Of a DNA stretch of 62,157 bases, positions 19,978-29,234 are shown in pieces. Position 1 is the first letter of the stretch. Every line of letters starts with the position of its first letter. The position numbers were made by a program, and so were the translations under genes. The notes beneath the pieces are model-generated. The model was not told the DNA's origin. It did no database searches and worked only from the letters and a program-made list of their open reading frames with translations. The DNA is from Promethearchaeia archaeon. Lineage in GTDB: Archaea > Asgardarchaeota > Lokiarchaeia > Sigyniarchaeales > SOKP01. The stretch covers positions 1 to 62,157 of the forward strand of contig JAHQWJ010000012.1 of NCBI GenBank assembly GCA_029856125.1, given 5' to 3'.

Positions 19978-20892
19978 CTATACCATATTTGCGTATTTCA
20001 TTAGATCCTTAACCCTCATGCGTAAAGTTACCTCAGTTACGCGAGCTAATTTACTAATCTCTTTCTGTGTGCGGTTTTCACTACAAATTTTAGAGCCAAT
20101 ATAAATCGCGGCAGCAGCAATTCCTTTAGGATCTTTACCCGCGGAGTTGAATCCGCTTTCATCTGCCTTCTCTATAATTTTAACGGCAGTATTACGACAT
20201 TGCATAGACAATTTCAACTCGCTGTTAAACTTGTCTACATAGCGAGAGGGTCCGAAATGCTGAACTTTTAAATTTAAATGAGGTAAAACCTCCATTAGAA
20301 TTAAGCGATAACTTTTGATAACTTTTTTTTTCGGGATTTGCGCGACTTTTGTAATTTCTTCTACAGTTCTAGGAATTCCGTGGACACGCAAAGCACAAAA
20401 TATTGATGCAGAGAGTAGAGTATCAATACTTCTTCCCATTGTGAGTTTTTTTTTTACAGTCTGAGTATAAATCCTAAGCGCGTCTTCAGCTACAGTGTCT
20501 GGGATACTAAGTCTTTTTTGCAAACGTTGCAAATTAGGTAAAGCAATCCATAGGTTCCTTTCATAACTTGTTGTTAAGGATCTATGGATTTTTGCGAGTC
20601 TATTAAATTTTGACTTGTATTTGGGGCTTAATAAGGTTCCTCGTGCATCTCTACTACCTCTAATAATCGTCCTTGGGCCAATAGGGCTATAAACCCTTTC
20701 GTTGCTCTTTCTATTTTGGATTTCTTCTTGTGTGAAAGCTCTACGCGGTGAATCGTCTATGGACCTCTCATCTGCCGAACCGCAGTTTAGACATACGAAA
20801 AATCCAGCTTTCTCAATGATTTTGGGTGCGTCACAACAAGGTTCTTTTCCCTTCTCATTAAAAAAGTCATTATTTTCGAAGCTTGACGGCAT
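19978..20892 (-). CDS. tfb: Transcription initiation factor IIB (TFB)
   Basis: Zn ribbon (CC...CLNCG), RRAFTQEE, two cyclin folds (GRSIDT; GKDPKGIAAAAIY; RTQKEI; VTEVTLR). Confidence 0.95.
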   Translation of the reverse strand: MPSSFENNDFFNEKGKEPCCDAPKIIEKAGFFVCLNCGSADERSIDDSPRRAFTQEEIQNRKSNERVYSPIGPRTIIRGSRDARGTLLSPKYKSKFNRLAKIHRSLTTSYERNLWIALPNLQRLQKRLSIPDTVAEDALRIYTQTVKKKLTMGRSIDTLLSASIFCALRVHGIPRTVEEITKVAQIPKKKVIKSYRLILMEVLPHLNLKVQHFGPSRYVDKFNSELKLSMQCRNTAVKIIEKADESGFNSAGKDPKGIAAAAIYIGSKICSENRTQKEISKLARVTEVTLRMRVKDLMKYANMV

Positions 20893-20975
20893 ATCAACTA
20901 GCTAATTTAAATTCAAATATATATATATATATTGGGATTAATCAGTTTCAGTATAGTATTTAAAAGAAACCACAT

Positions 20976-21000
20976 ATTTAAATCTGAAGATTTAAATCTT
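20976..21000. promoter_or_regulatory. Overlapping palindromes in the tfb / GTPase divergent intergenic region
   Basis: ATTTAAATCT-GA-AGATTTAAAT perfect 10-bp inverted repeat overlapping the 14-bp palindrome AAGATTTAAATCTT. Confidence 0.3.
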
Positions 21001-21094
21001 AGTCTATTTAACTAATATCTTAAAAGATTAGCAAAATTAATTAATTCATTAAACGCTCTCTAAATAATAATTACTAACTAGTAAAAATAATAAT

Positions 21095-22348
21095 ATGTCA
21101 GCTGATATTTCCAAAATTATTAACATATTTTCTAAATTTTTAGATACTAAAGTAGCTAAAGAAGGAAAGTTAAAGACTATTGAAGAAATCAAGAAACTTT
21201 CATTGAACTCGTTCAAATTTATATCTAAAGAAGATGCTAAAATTTTAAAGGATCTTCTAAAAATATCTAAAATTGAAGAAGTTTCCAAATTAAATAGGGA
21301 AAACCCTTTTAGTAATTTAAAGATTTTCGGAACAACAAAAAATCCTCTAGAATTGACTGAACTACAGGAAGAATTTAACAATAAAGTTGCTACGATTAAA
21401 GCAGAGAACCCCGAGTTAGTAAAAGCATTGGACAAAGCAATCATAATCAGCTCTATAATAACAAATTTAACCGATGCAGATGAAATCGTTACTGGGAAAT
21501 CTGCACAAAAAATAATCGTTATTGGATTAGATAACGCTGGAAAAACAGCAATTTTGAACAAATTTGGAGGGCGATTAGGCATTAGCGATTTAGCAAACTT
21601 AAAACCGACTAAAGGTGTCGATCGCCGTCATATCGAAACAGAAAATTCTGACTTAGATTTGTTTATCTGGGACTTTGGCGGTCAGGCGCAATATAGGAGT
21701 AAATATCTAAAAAATCCAGAACAATATTTTTTACAGGTTGATTTACTAATTTATGTCATTGATTTACAAGATTCTGAGAGGTTTCCAGAGTCTTTTGAAT
21801 ACTTCGAGCAAATTCTAAAAACACTCACGATTTTAGAAGAAGACCCATTTGTATTAATATACATACATAAATTCGACCCAGAATTAAAGTATGACCCTGA
21901 AACGCTTCTTAACATCGAACTTCTAAAAGATAATTTAAACCAAGCATTGACTTCTTTTGGATACGATTACGAAGCTTATCTAACTTCAATCTACTCTTTA
22001 ATTACTAACGAACCAGAGTTTTCTAAATATATTAAAGAGGTTATGAAATCTACCGACTCCTTAACTAATCCCACTTTAAGGAAAGTAGAGGGATTAGGAA
22101 AAACTTTAGAAGAAACTATGAATGCTGTTATTCGACTGTCTGAAAGTCTTTCAAAGCAGTTATCTGAGTTAGATAATAGATTGAGAGTCATCGAAAGCGG
22201 TGCATTTCAAATGGCTCAAAGTGGTATTCCCATAGGATTATCACCACCTAACCAGGCCTCAGTTCCCGGTAGGCCTGGAGATACAAGGTTAAAAGTTCTT
22301 GACGAATTAAAACAGTTGTTCGATAAAAAGAAAAAGTTAAACCTATAG
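21095..22348 (+). CDS. Arf/Rag-like GTPase with N-terminal HhH-like extension and C-terminal coiled coil
   Basis: GLDNAGKT, PTKG, WDFGGQ, HKFD, TSI motifs. Confidence 0.88.
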   Translation: MSADISKIINIFSKFLDTKVAKEGKLKTIEEIKKLSLNSFKFISKEDAKILKDLLKISKIEEVSKLNRENPFSNLKIFGTTKNPLELTELQEEFNNKVATIKAENPELVKALDKAIIISSIITNLTDADEIVTGKSAQKIIVIGLDNAGKTAILNKFGGRLGISDLANLKPTKGVDRRHIETENSDLDLFIWDFGGQAQYRSKYLKNPEQYFLQVDLLIYVIDLQDSERFPESFEYFEQILKTLTILEEDPFVLIYIHKFDPELKYDPETLLNIELLKDNLNQALTSFGYDYEAYLTSIYSLITNEPEFSKYIKEVMKSTDSLTNPTLRKVEGLGKTLEETMNAVIRLSESLSKQLSELDNRLRVIESGAFQMAQSGIPIGLSPPNQASVPGRPGDTRLKVLDELKQLFDKKKKLNL

Positions 22349-22402
22349 CTTTTTTTAACCAAACTTGTGAAAAATACTCAATATAAGCTTTTTATTAAAA
22401 AT

Positions 22403-23122
22403 CTAAGCTCTTTTTGATTTACTGCAATGTTCCACAATCCATTTGTAATTAGCTAAGTAAATGATTATACTTAACAACCCTACAACTAACAGTAAATAAA
22501 ATAGATTTTCAAAAAGTAAGGGGTTAATTACTTGTTTGTAGATATCCCCTATACTAAATTGCTCAAAAAAAATCATTAAACTATTTAAAAAAGGAGCTAA
22601 AACGAATCTCGCTATTATAAACCCAAAAACACCTATAAAAGCACCGCAAATTACATCAGTAGGGTAATGAACTCCTAATTGAATTCTAGAAAAAGATACA
22701 AATATTACGATAAACGCAACAATAATTACCACCATCGGGGTATTTAACATCATAATAAACAGAAATCCTTGAGACGCCACATTATACGAATGCCATGATG
22801 GAAAACTTCTAGAGGTTGGTTCTCTCTCGAGTGCTTCAATATTTTTTAATGCTTCAAAAGGTCTATCTCTACCTACTAGTTTTTTAATAGGGGCAATTAT
22901 CAATACACCAACTAAAAAGACGGTTGAAATGTTTGAAAATAAAAAGGAATCGTAAAAGATGAATAAGTAAAAAACCGTTAACACCATCCATAAAGTCTCT
23001 CTTCCCAGAAATGATATAATTTTTAAAAGATTTGTAAATAACATTCCGCCAAATCCATTATATTTTAAAATAATCCTTTTGTCCCAGGCATCAAGGTTTT
23101 TTAATATTGATTTATCTTCCAT
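22403..23122 (-). CDS. PAP2-family membrane phosphatase
   Basis: KKLVGRDRP, FPSWH, SRIQLGVHYPTD. Confidence 0.9.
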   Translation of the reverse strand: MEDKSILKNLDAWDKRIILKYNGFGGMLFTNLLKIISFLGRETLWMVLTVFYLFIFYDSFLFSNISTVFLVGVLIIAPIKKLVGRDRPFEALKNIEALEREPTSRSFPSWHSYNVASQGFLFIMMLNTPMVVIIVAFIVIFVSFSRIQLGVHYPTDVICGAFIGVFGFIIARFVLAPFLNSLMIFFEQFSIGDIYKQVINPLLFENLFYLLLVVGLLSIIIYLANYKWIVEHCSKSKRA

Positions 23123-23136
23123 GCTTCATATGCCTT

Positions 23137-23934
23137 CTAATATGTTGTACCTAAAAATTTATAAGCATCTTTAACTTTAGAAATGTTTTCTTGGAAATTT
23201 TCAACAGAATGAGAATCTGATCCAACGAAAAATCTAGCTCTTCCTTCTTTTTTTAACTTCATAACATTTTCCTTAGAAGGAAAGGGTCGATTAATGGGAA
23301 AACGTAAACCTGACAAGTTATATTCAATTCTAATTTTGTTCTTAATACATAAACGCCCCAAATTAAGAACTCGTTCATCTGAAATGTCGCAATCATCTAA
23401 TGGTTTAATATCGTGTTCATTAATGTATCGATAAATTGTATCTATGTGACATATGTTCTTGAAGATTTTTGATTCAATCATCATCCTACTGATTTCAAAG
23501 TAATCGTCTATGACTTGTCTCATTTGAACCTTCTCCAATAATTGAAGTAATTTAGGTCGTGAAGTTATAGGGTAACCATATATCCATTCATGCAGAGTAC
23601 CTCCAATAAAATCGAGTTCTTTTTCGTAATCATCCATAAATTCTAATAATTCGATTTCTCTATCGCGATAATACTCTAGCTCGAGACCGCTAAGGATAAA
23701 CTTATATTCTCCTTTCAAATCGTCAAATTCTTCAAGATAATCGTCTATCTTGCCATTATAGAAGGGATTTGATTTATCTCTTTCGATGGAATAAAGTTCG
23801 TAATGTTCGAGAAAACATATATTGATTTCCTCAGCTTCAGCAATTTTAATATAATCGCTGAAGTCTGGACCATCTTCTGATATGTCTGAGCTCCACCTAG
23901 TATGTATATGATAATCTGTAAATGGATATTTCAA
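23137..23934 (-). CDS. PHP-domain phosphoesterase (HisK/HisJ-like)
   Basis: DYHIHT, FLEH, GLELEY, CHID, GSDSH. Confidence 0.88.
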   Translation of the reverse strand: MKYPFTDYHIHTRWSSDISEDGPDFSDYIKIAEAEEINICFLEHYELYSIERDKSNPFYNGKIDDYLEEFDDLKGEYKFILSGLELEYYRDREIELLEFMDDYEKELDFIGGTLHEWIYGYPITSRPKLLQLLEKVQMRQVIDDYFEISRMMIESKIFKNICHIDTIYRYINEHDIKPLDDCDISDERVLNLGRLCIKNKIRIEYNLSGLRFPINRPFPSKENVMKLKKEGRARFFVGSDSHSVENFQENISKVKDAYKFLGTTY

Positions 23935-23978
23935 AGTACTTCTAAAAATGAAATAAAGAAGTTAAAAATATTGATTAT

Positions 23979-25877
23979 TCAGTCTATAGAATTTTCCTTG
24001 TCGAAAAAAACTTCATAAAACAATTCTTTTTCTCCTGCCTCGGGAGGATTTATCTTAGTATAACCTCCCTTTCTAATAATTTGCACCGTACTTTTATTTT
24101 GAATATGGATGTTACCGTAAAAACCTTTAATGCCTTTTTCTCTTGCTATAATTATAAGATGTTGGTATAAGAAAGAACCTAACCCCTTCCCTCGATATTT
24201 CTCTTTGACTAAAAAGCTATACTCTGCCATATTTAGCTTAGGATTTAAGTAATACGTCGCATTGCCAATCATTTCCTCTCTTCCTATATTTCCGATAAAG
24301 GCTCCAATTGAAAAAACATTGTTGTAATCTATATTTACTTCGTTTTGCGTCTTTGAATGGGTGAATTCCTTTTTAACTTCGAAAAATCGTAAATATCGAT
24401 CTGTTTCGTTTAAGGAATAATATAACTCTTTTAATAAGGGTTCGTCTGTTGTTTTAACTGGGCGAATTTGAATCTTTTCTCCTCCTCGTAGAGTAGATGT
24501 AGTCACATACTCTGAAGGGTATCTGCAAATTCTACCTTCTTGGTCGTATGGTAAAATCTGATCTGAATAAACATAATTCAACTTTTTAGCTTCATCTAAC
24601 AACCAATGACGAAAATCCGGGTGAGCAACGCATATTAGTTCTAGTACTCGCTCCCTTATAGTCTTTCCATGGAGATACGCTACACCCCATTCAGTTACGA
24701 CATAATGTGCATCTCCTCGAGATAACATTACTCCCGCACCTTCATCTAGATGAGGTAAAATCCGGGATTTTTTACCATCACGAGAAGTGGATGGCATAAT
24801 AATTATAGGTTTACCTCCTTTAGAAAATGCAGCGCCTCTCATAAAATCTATGGTCTCTCCTATCCCGGAATAGAATCCATACCCTTCAGTTGCAGCGTTT
24901 ACTTGTCCTGTAAGATCAATTTGTCGAGCTGAGTTTATTGAAACCATTTTCTTATTCATTCCTATGTATCTAGGATTACACACGTAATCTGAAGGGTAGA
25001 ATTCAATATATGGATTATTATTAACAAAATCGTACAGTTTTTTACTTCCTAAAGCAAAACTCGTAATAATCTTTTCAGGATGGAAATTTTTTTTTCTGCT
25101 GGTTAATACTCCTTGTTCAATTAACGGAATAATATTGTCTGTAATATAATAGGAATGCATTCCTAAGTCTTTTTTATCCCCTAAAAATTTCAATATAGCA
25201 TTTGGTAAATCGCCAAATCCTACATGAATGGTTGATTTATTCTCAATAATATTACTTATATTTCTGCCTATTCGTTCGGCAACTTCGTCAGGTTCATCGA
25301 AATGAAATTCTAACAGAGCTACGTCGTTAACAACGAAATGATCGATTTCTTTCATGTGAATAAAACTATTACCTAAAGTTCTTGGCATTTGAGGATTCAT
25401 CTCAACAATGTTTATAAAAGCCGATTGGGCTAAAGGTTTTGCTATATCCACATTGATGCCAAGAGAGCAAAATCCAAAAGAATCAGGGGGTGTAGCTTGT
25501 ATAAGAGCAACATCAATATGTTTTCTACCCGTTAAAAATAGTCGAGGTATTTCACTTGCGTAAATCGGGGTATAATCGGCTTGTCCTTTATTAATTTCCT
25601 CGCGAAGCGTATTTCCAATAAATAACGCATTATGCCTGAAGAGATCTTCAATTTTATCTTTGAAATATTTCTCTGGACCAATAGTTAAGAAATGAAGTAT
25701 TTCAGTATCTATTAACTTCTCAGACTGCTTTATCAATTCCGAAGTGAGTAATTGTGGTCTCGAGCATCCAGAACCTATGAAAACTCTATTACCCGGAATA
25801 ATTTTTTTTATCGCATCTTCAGCAGTAATCTCCTTATCTTTCCACTTTTCCCGCCAATCTTCATTTGATGAATCCAT
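23979..25877 (-). CDS. Acetyl-CoA hydrolase/transferase-like domain fused to a C-terminal GNAT acetyltransferase
   Basis: PPDSFGFCSLG, EMNPQMPRT, INSARQIDLTGQV, YVVTEWG; GNAT with RYLRFF, AEYSFLV, YRGKGLG. Confidence 0.9.
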   Translation of the reverse strand: MDSSNEDWREKWKDKEITAEDAIKKIIPGNRVFIGSGCSRPQLLTSELIKQSEKLIDTEILHFLTIGPEKYFKDKIEDLFRHNALFIGNTLREEINKGQADYTPIYASEIPRLFLTGRKHIDVALIQATPPDSFGFCSLGINVDIAKPLAQSAFINIVEMNPQMPRTLGNSFIHMKEIDHFVVNDVALLEFHFDEPDEVAERIGRNISNIIENKSTIHVGFGDLPNAILKFLGDKKDLGMHSYYITDNIIPLIEQGVLTSRKKNFHPEKIITSFALGSKKLYDFVNNNPYIEFYPSDYVCNPRYIGMNKKMVSINSARQIDLTGQVNAATEGYGFYSGIGETIDFMRGAAFSKGGKPIIIMPSTSRDGKKSRILPHLDEGAGVMLSRGDAHYVVTEWGVAYLHGKTIRERVLELICVAHPDFRHWLLDEAKKLNYVYSDQILPYDQEGRICRYPSEYVTTSTLRGGEKIQIRPVKTTDEPLLKELYYSLNETDRYLRFFEVKKEFTHSKTQNEVNIDYNNVFSIGAFIGNIGREEMIGNATYYLNPKLNMAEYSFLVKEKYRGKGLGSFLYQHLIIIAREKGIKGFYGNIHIQNKSTVQIIRKGGYTKINPPEAGEKELFYEVFFDKENSID

Positions 25878-25996
25878 ATCCTACACTTTAAGGCTCTAAT
25901 TTTATTTTGTTTAAAATTTTCCTTTATTATCAAAAATAGTTAAGTCCTATATCTTTAATATTTTTACTTTAACTTTTTAAGGTAATTCTCTTTGAA

Positions 25997-26302
25997 TTAC
26001 CTATTTTTAAAAACTGCTGAAAAATAAATAACTCCACTGCCAGAAATAATACACCAAATCAATGAAGGAATTAAAAAAACAAGACGCTGCTCAAAATCTA
26101 CGGACGGGGAAATTATGTTAAAAATTATTGATAATAATGACGAAATAAACATAAACCCCCCAAAAAAGATCATGAATATAATAATAAGTGATTTCGAACT
26201 CTTCTTTCTACTCTCAATCATGACACAATTGGCACAAATTCCTATCTTTTCCTCAAAACCACCCTCGACGAGTTCTTGATCGCAAACTTCACAATTTAAC
26301 AT
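25997..26302 (-). CDS. Small Zn-ribbon plus 2-TM membrane protein
   Basis: CEVC...CANC followed by two hydrophobic helices. Confidence 0.65.
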   Translation of the reverse strand: MLNCEVCDQELVEGGFEEKIGICANCVMIESRKKSSKSLIIIFMIFFGGFMFISSLLSIIFNIISPSVDFEQRLVFLIPSLIWCIISGSGVIYFSAVFKNR

Positions 26303-26690
26303 TATTTCTACTCCATATTATAATTAAATAAAAAGATTATACGATTATTTAAAATTCTATTCAAATGAAAACGAATCTTTTCAATAAATTAAAGATTTTC
26401 TAATCGATTTATTTTTAATAATTATTAATAAAATTAATCTCTATAACTCATAAACAAACTCTAAAAAGAGATTTTGAAAAAAACTTACTTCTCCCATTCC
26501 TTAATAAATTAAAGATAAAATGTTTAAATTGAATTCGAAATATTTACTCCATGACTTAATACAACCATTTAAATCTAAAAAATTTAAATGTGATGAGAAA
26601 GAAAAGAAATCTTTAAAGAATTTTAAGAATTTAATAAAGCAAGAAATTTAATTATTCAAATGAAGTAGAAATTCAAATTAGTGAAATATA

Positions 26691-28673
26691 ATGTCAAAAG
26701 AAGACAACAAAATGAAAAGTGTTCTAACTGAAAATCGAATATTTGACCCTGTAGATGTCAGCCCTGAATATGCTAAGACTGGAATGTCAATGGACGAATA
26801 TAAGAAACTTTACAAGCAATCCATCGAAGATATGGAAGGATTCTGGGGAGAACAAGCAAAATCGCTTGATTGGTTCAAACCTTACGATAAAGTGTGGGAA
26901 AAAACCGATCTCTTTCCGGGAAAATGGTTTGTGGGCGGTAAACTCAATGTTTCTTATAATTGTATAGATAGACATGTGAAAGCTGGAAATGGAGATCGCG
27001 TTGCAATCATATGGGAAGCAGACGAGCCTGGTCAAGTAAGAAAATTTACTTACAACGAACTTTTAAAAGAAGTAAGTAAAGTTGCTAACGCTATGAGAAG
27101 TAAAGGGCTTAAAAAGGGTGATAGAGTCACAATATGGTTGCCGATGATTCCTGAGTTAGCTATTATTATGCTGGCTTGCGCTCGAATTGGGGTAATTCAT
27201 TCCATCGTCTTCGGTGGTTTCTCAAAAGAAGCTGTCAAAGATAGAATTGAAGACTCAGATTCGCGCTTATTGTTTACAAGCGATGAAACCTTAAGGGCTG
27301 GTAAAACTTATCCTAAAATGGCTGATGTCGTTAAAATAATAGATAAAGTACCAACAATTGAACATGTTATTGTCGTTAAACGAACAGGGAACGAAGTTCC
27401 TCACACTGATAAAGATATTTGGTACCACGACTTTATAGATGGTGTGAGTGAAGAATGCGAACCTGAACAAATGGATTCGGAAGATACCTTATTTATACTC
27501 TATACAAGCGGAACCACCGGAAAACCTAAAGGCGTTAACCACACAACAGCAGGTTATATTCTCCATACATCTTTTACTCATAAAGTCGTATTCAACTACA
27601 AGGAAGGCGAAGTTTGGTATTGTACCGCAGACATAGGTTGGATAACAGGTCATAGTTATATCGTATATGGCCCTTTAGCGAATGGAGCAACAACTCTAAT
27701 GTTTGAAAGCGTGCCAACTTATCCCGATGTCGATAGGTTTTGGGATATTGTGGAACGCCATAAGGTTAACCAATTTTATACCGCCCCAACCGCCATACGT
27801 GCCCTTATGAGACACGGCGATGAACCCGTAAATAGACACGATTTAAGTTCTTTAAAGGTTCTCGGAACCGTAGGAGAACCGATAAACCCCGAAGCATGGA
27901 CCTGGTATCATAGAGTTGTGGGAAAAGAACGATGTCCGATTGTAGATACCTACTGGCAAACTGAAACGGGAGGTTTTATTATGACTCCTATAGCTACTGC
28001 AACTCCAACCAAACCTGGATCATGTTGCTTGCCTTTCCTTGGTATTAAACCTATAATTTTCGATTTGGAAGGTGACGAGATCACCGAAGCAAACGAGGGC
28101 GGTTACTTCGCAATTGCTCAAAGTTGGCCGGGTATGTTACGCGATGTTTGGGGTGATACTGAGAGATTCAAATCAACTTATCTCGAAAAGTATCCTGGAT
28201 ACTATTATACTGGTGATGGAGCACGGCGAGATGAAGATGGTTACTATTGGATACTTGGACGATTGGACGATGTTATTAAGGTATCCGGACACCGCATAGG
28301 AACAATGGAAGTAGAATCTGCTATAGTGAGCCATCCAAAGGTTGCAGAAGCCGCCGTAGCACCATTCCCACATAAGATAAAGGGACAAGCTATTTGGGCG
28401 TTCGTGACATTAATGGGTGGCATTGATAAATCAGCGAAATTATCGAAAGAGATTCGTATGCATGTTAGGCAAGAGATTGGGCCCGTTTTTCAACCGGATG
28501 TAATTCAATTTGCTGACGCCTTACCAAAGACGCGAAGCGGTAAGATTATGCGCCGAATTCTAAAAGCCATAGCTTCGGGCACAGAAATAGGTAATGTTAC
28601 GACCTTGGCAGATCCTTCAGTAGTCGATGTTTTGCTTGAAGAGCGTAAGAAAATGGATGTAGAAGTAGGTTAA
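26691..28673 (+). CDS. acs: AMP-forming acetyl-CoA synthetase
   Basis: YTSGTTGKPKG, ADIGWITGHSY, VGEPINP, DTYWQTETG, LPKTRSGKIMRR. Confidence 0.97.
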   Translation: MSKEDNKMKSVLTENRIFDPVDVSPEYAKTGMSMDEYKKLYKQSIEDMEGFWGEQAKSLDWFKPYDKVWEKTDLFPGKWFVGGKLNVSYNCIDRHVKAGNGDRVAIIWEADEPGQVRKFTYNELLKEVSKVANAMRSKGLKKGDRVTIWLPMIPELAIIMLACARIGVIHSIVFGGFSKEAVKDRIEDSDSRLLFTSDETLRAGKTYPKMADVVKIIDKVPTIEHVIVVKRTGNEVPHTDKDIWYHDFIDGVSEECEPEQMDSEDTLFILYTSGTTGKPKGVNHTTAGYILHTSFTHKVVFNYKEGEVWYCTADIGWITGHSYIVYGPLANGATTLMFESVPTYPDVDRFWDIVERHKVNQFYTAPTAIRALMRHGDEPVNRHDLSSLKVLGTVGEPINPEAWTWYHRVVGKERCPIVDTYWQTETGGFIMTPIATATPTKPGSCCLPFLGIKPIIFDLEGDEITEANEGGYFAIAQSWPGMLRDVWGDTERFKSTYLEKYPGYYYTGDGARRDEDGYYWILGRLDDVIKVSGHRIGTMEVESAIVSHPKVAEAAVAPFPHKIKGQAIWAFVTLMGGIDKSAKLSKEIRMHVRQEIGPVFQPDVIQFADALPKTRSGKIMRRILKAIASGTEIGNVTTLADPSVVDVLLEERKKMDVEVG

Positions 28674-28700
28674 ATTATTTTTTTTATTTCTTTTTTTTTA
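28674..28700 (+). terminator. Oligo-T archaeal-type terminator after acs
   Basis: Two long T runs immediately after the stop codon. Confidence 0.5.
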
Positions 28701-28816
28701 AATGAACAAGAATAACCAGATGTATTATCGATAAACTATTTTCTATTTTAAATCTACAAAAATGTTAACAGAAATCAGCTAATTATTATATACTTATTCG
28801 ACTCTATTAATTTTAT

Positions 28817-29059
28817 ATGAGCAAGTGTCCTTATTGCAATAAAACTGTTACAGACAATCAAGTACTTTGTATGAACTGTGGTTCTCAAATCAAGCCACTC
28901 AAAGTGAAACGCAAACTCTTTGGGGGAAAGATTAACGTAATTTTATCGGTAAATAGATCAAATTCATTTGAAATGAGTTATATTGAGGAGAGAGTAAAGG
29001 AACCGAAACATCGTCTTAAAACGCCAAAAGGCAACTTGACATTAGATCATTGGTTATGA
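28817..29059 (+). CDS. Small zinc-ribbon protein
   Basis: CPYC...CMNCG. Confidence 0.65.
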   Translation: MSKCPYCNKTVTDNQVLCMNCGSQIKPLKVKRKLFGGKINVILSVNRSNSFEMSYIEERVKEPKHRLKTPKGNLTLDHWL

Positions 29060-29234
29060 TTGAGCCTTCTACAGAAATATTAGATTAATCAAAAAACAAA
29101 GTTAGTAAATTCTTAATTTCTAGATTTTTAATTCTGTTTGCTTTATTAAACATTTAAAGCGTTTATTGGGCTTTTTAAGTTATTACTCATTTAATTATTA
29201 GACTGAGAAGCTATTTCATTTAGTGTAAGTTTAT

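Noticed and set aside
20917-20932. (AT)n microsatellite upstream of tfb
   Set aside because: Short and expected in AT-rich intergenic DNA
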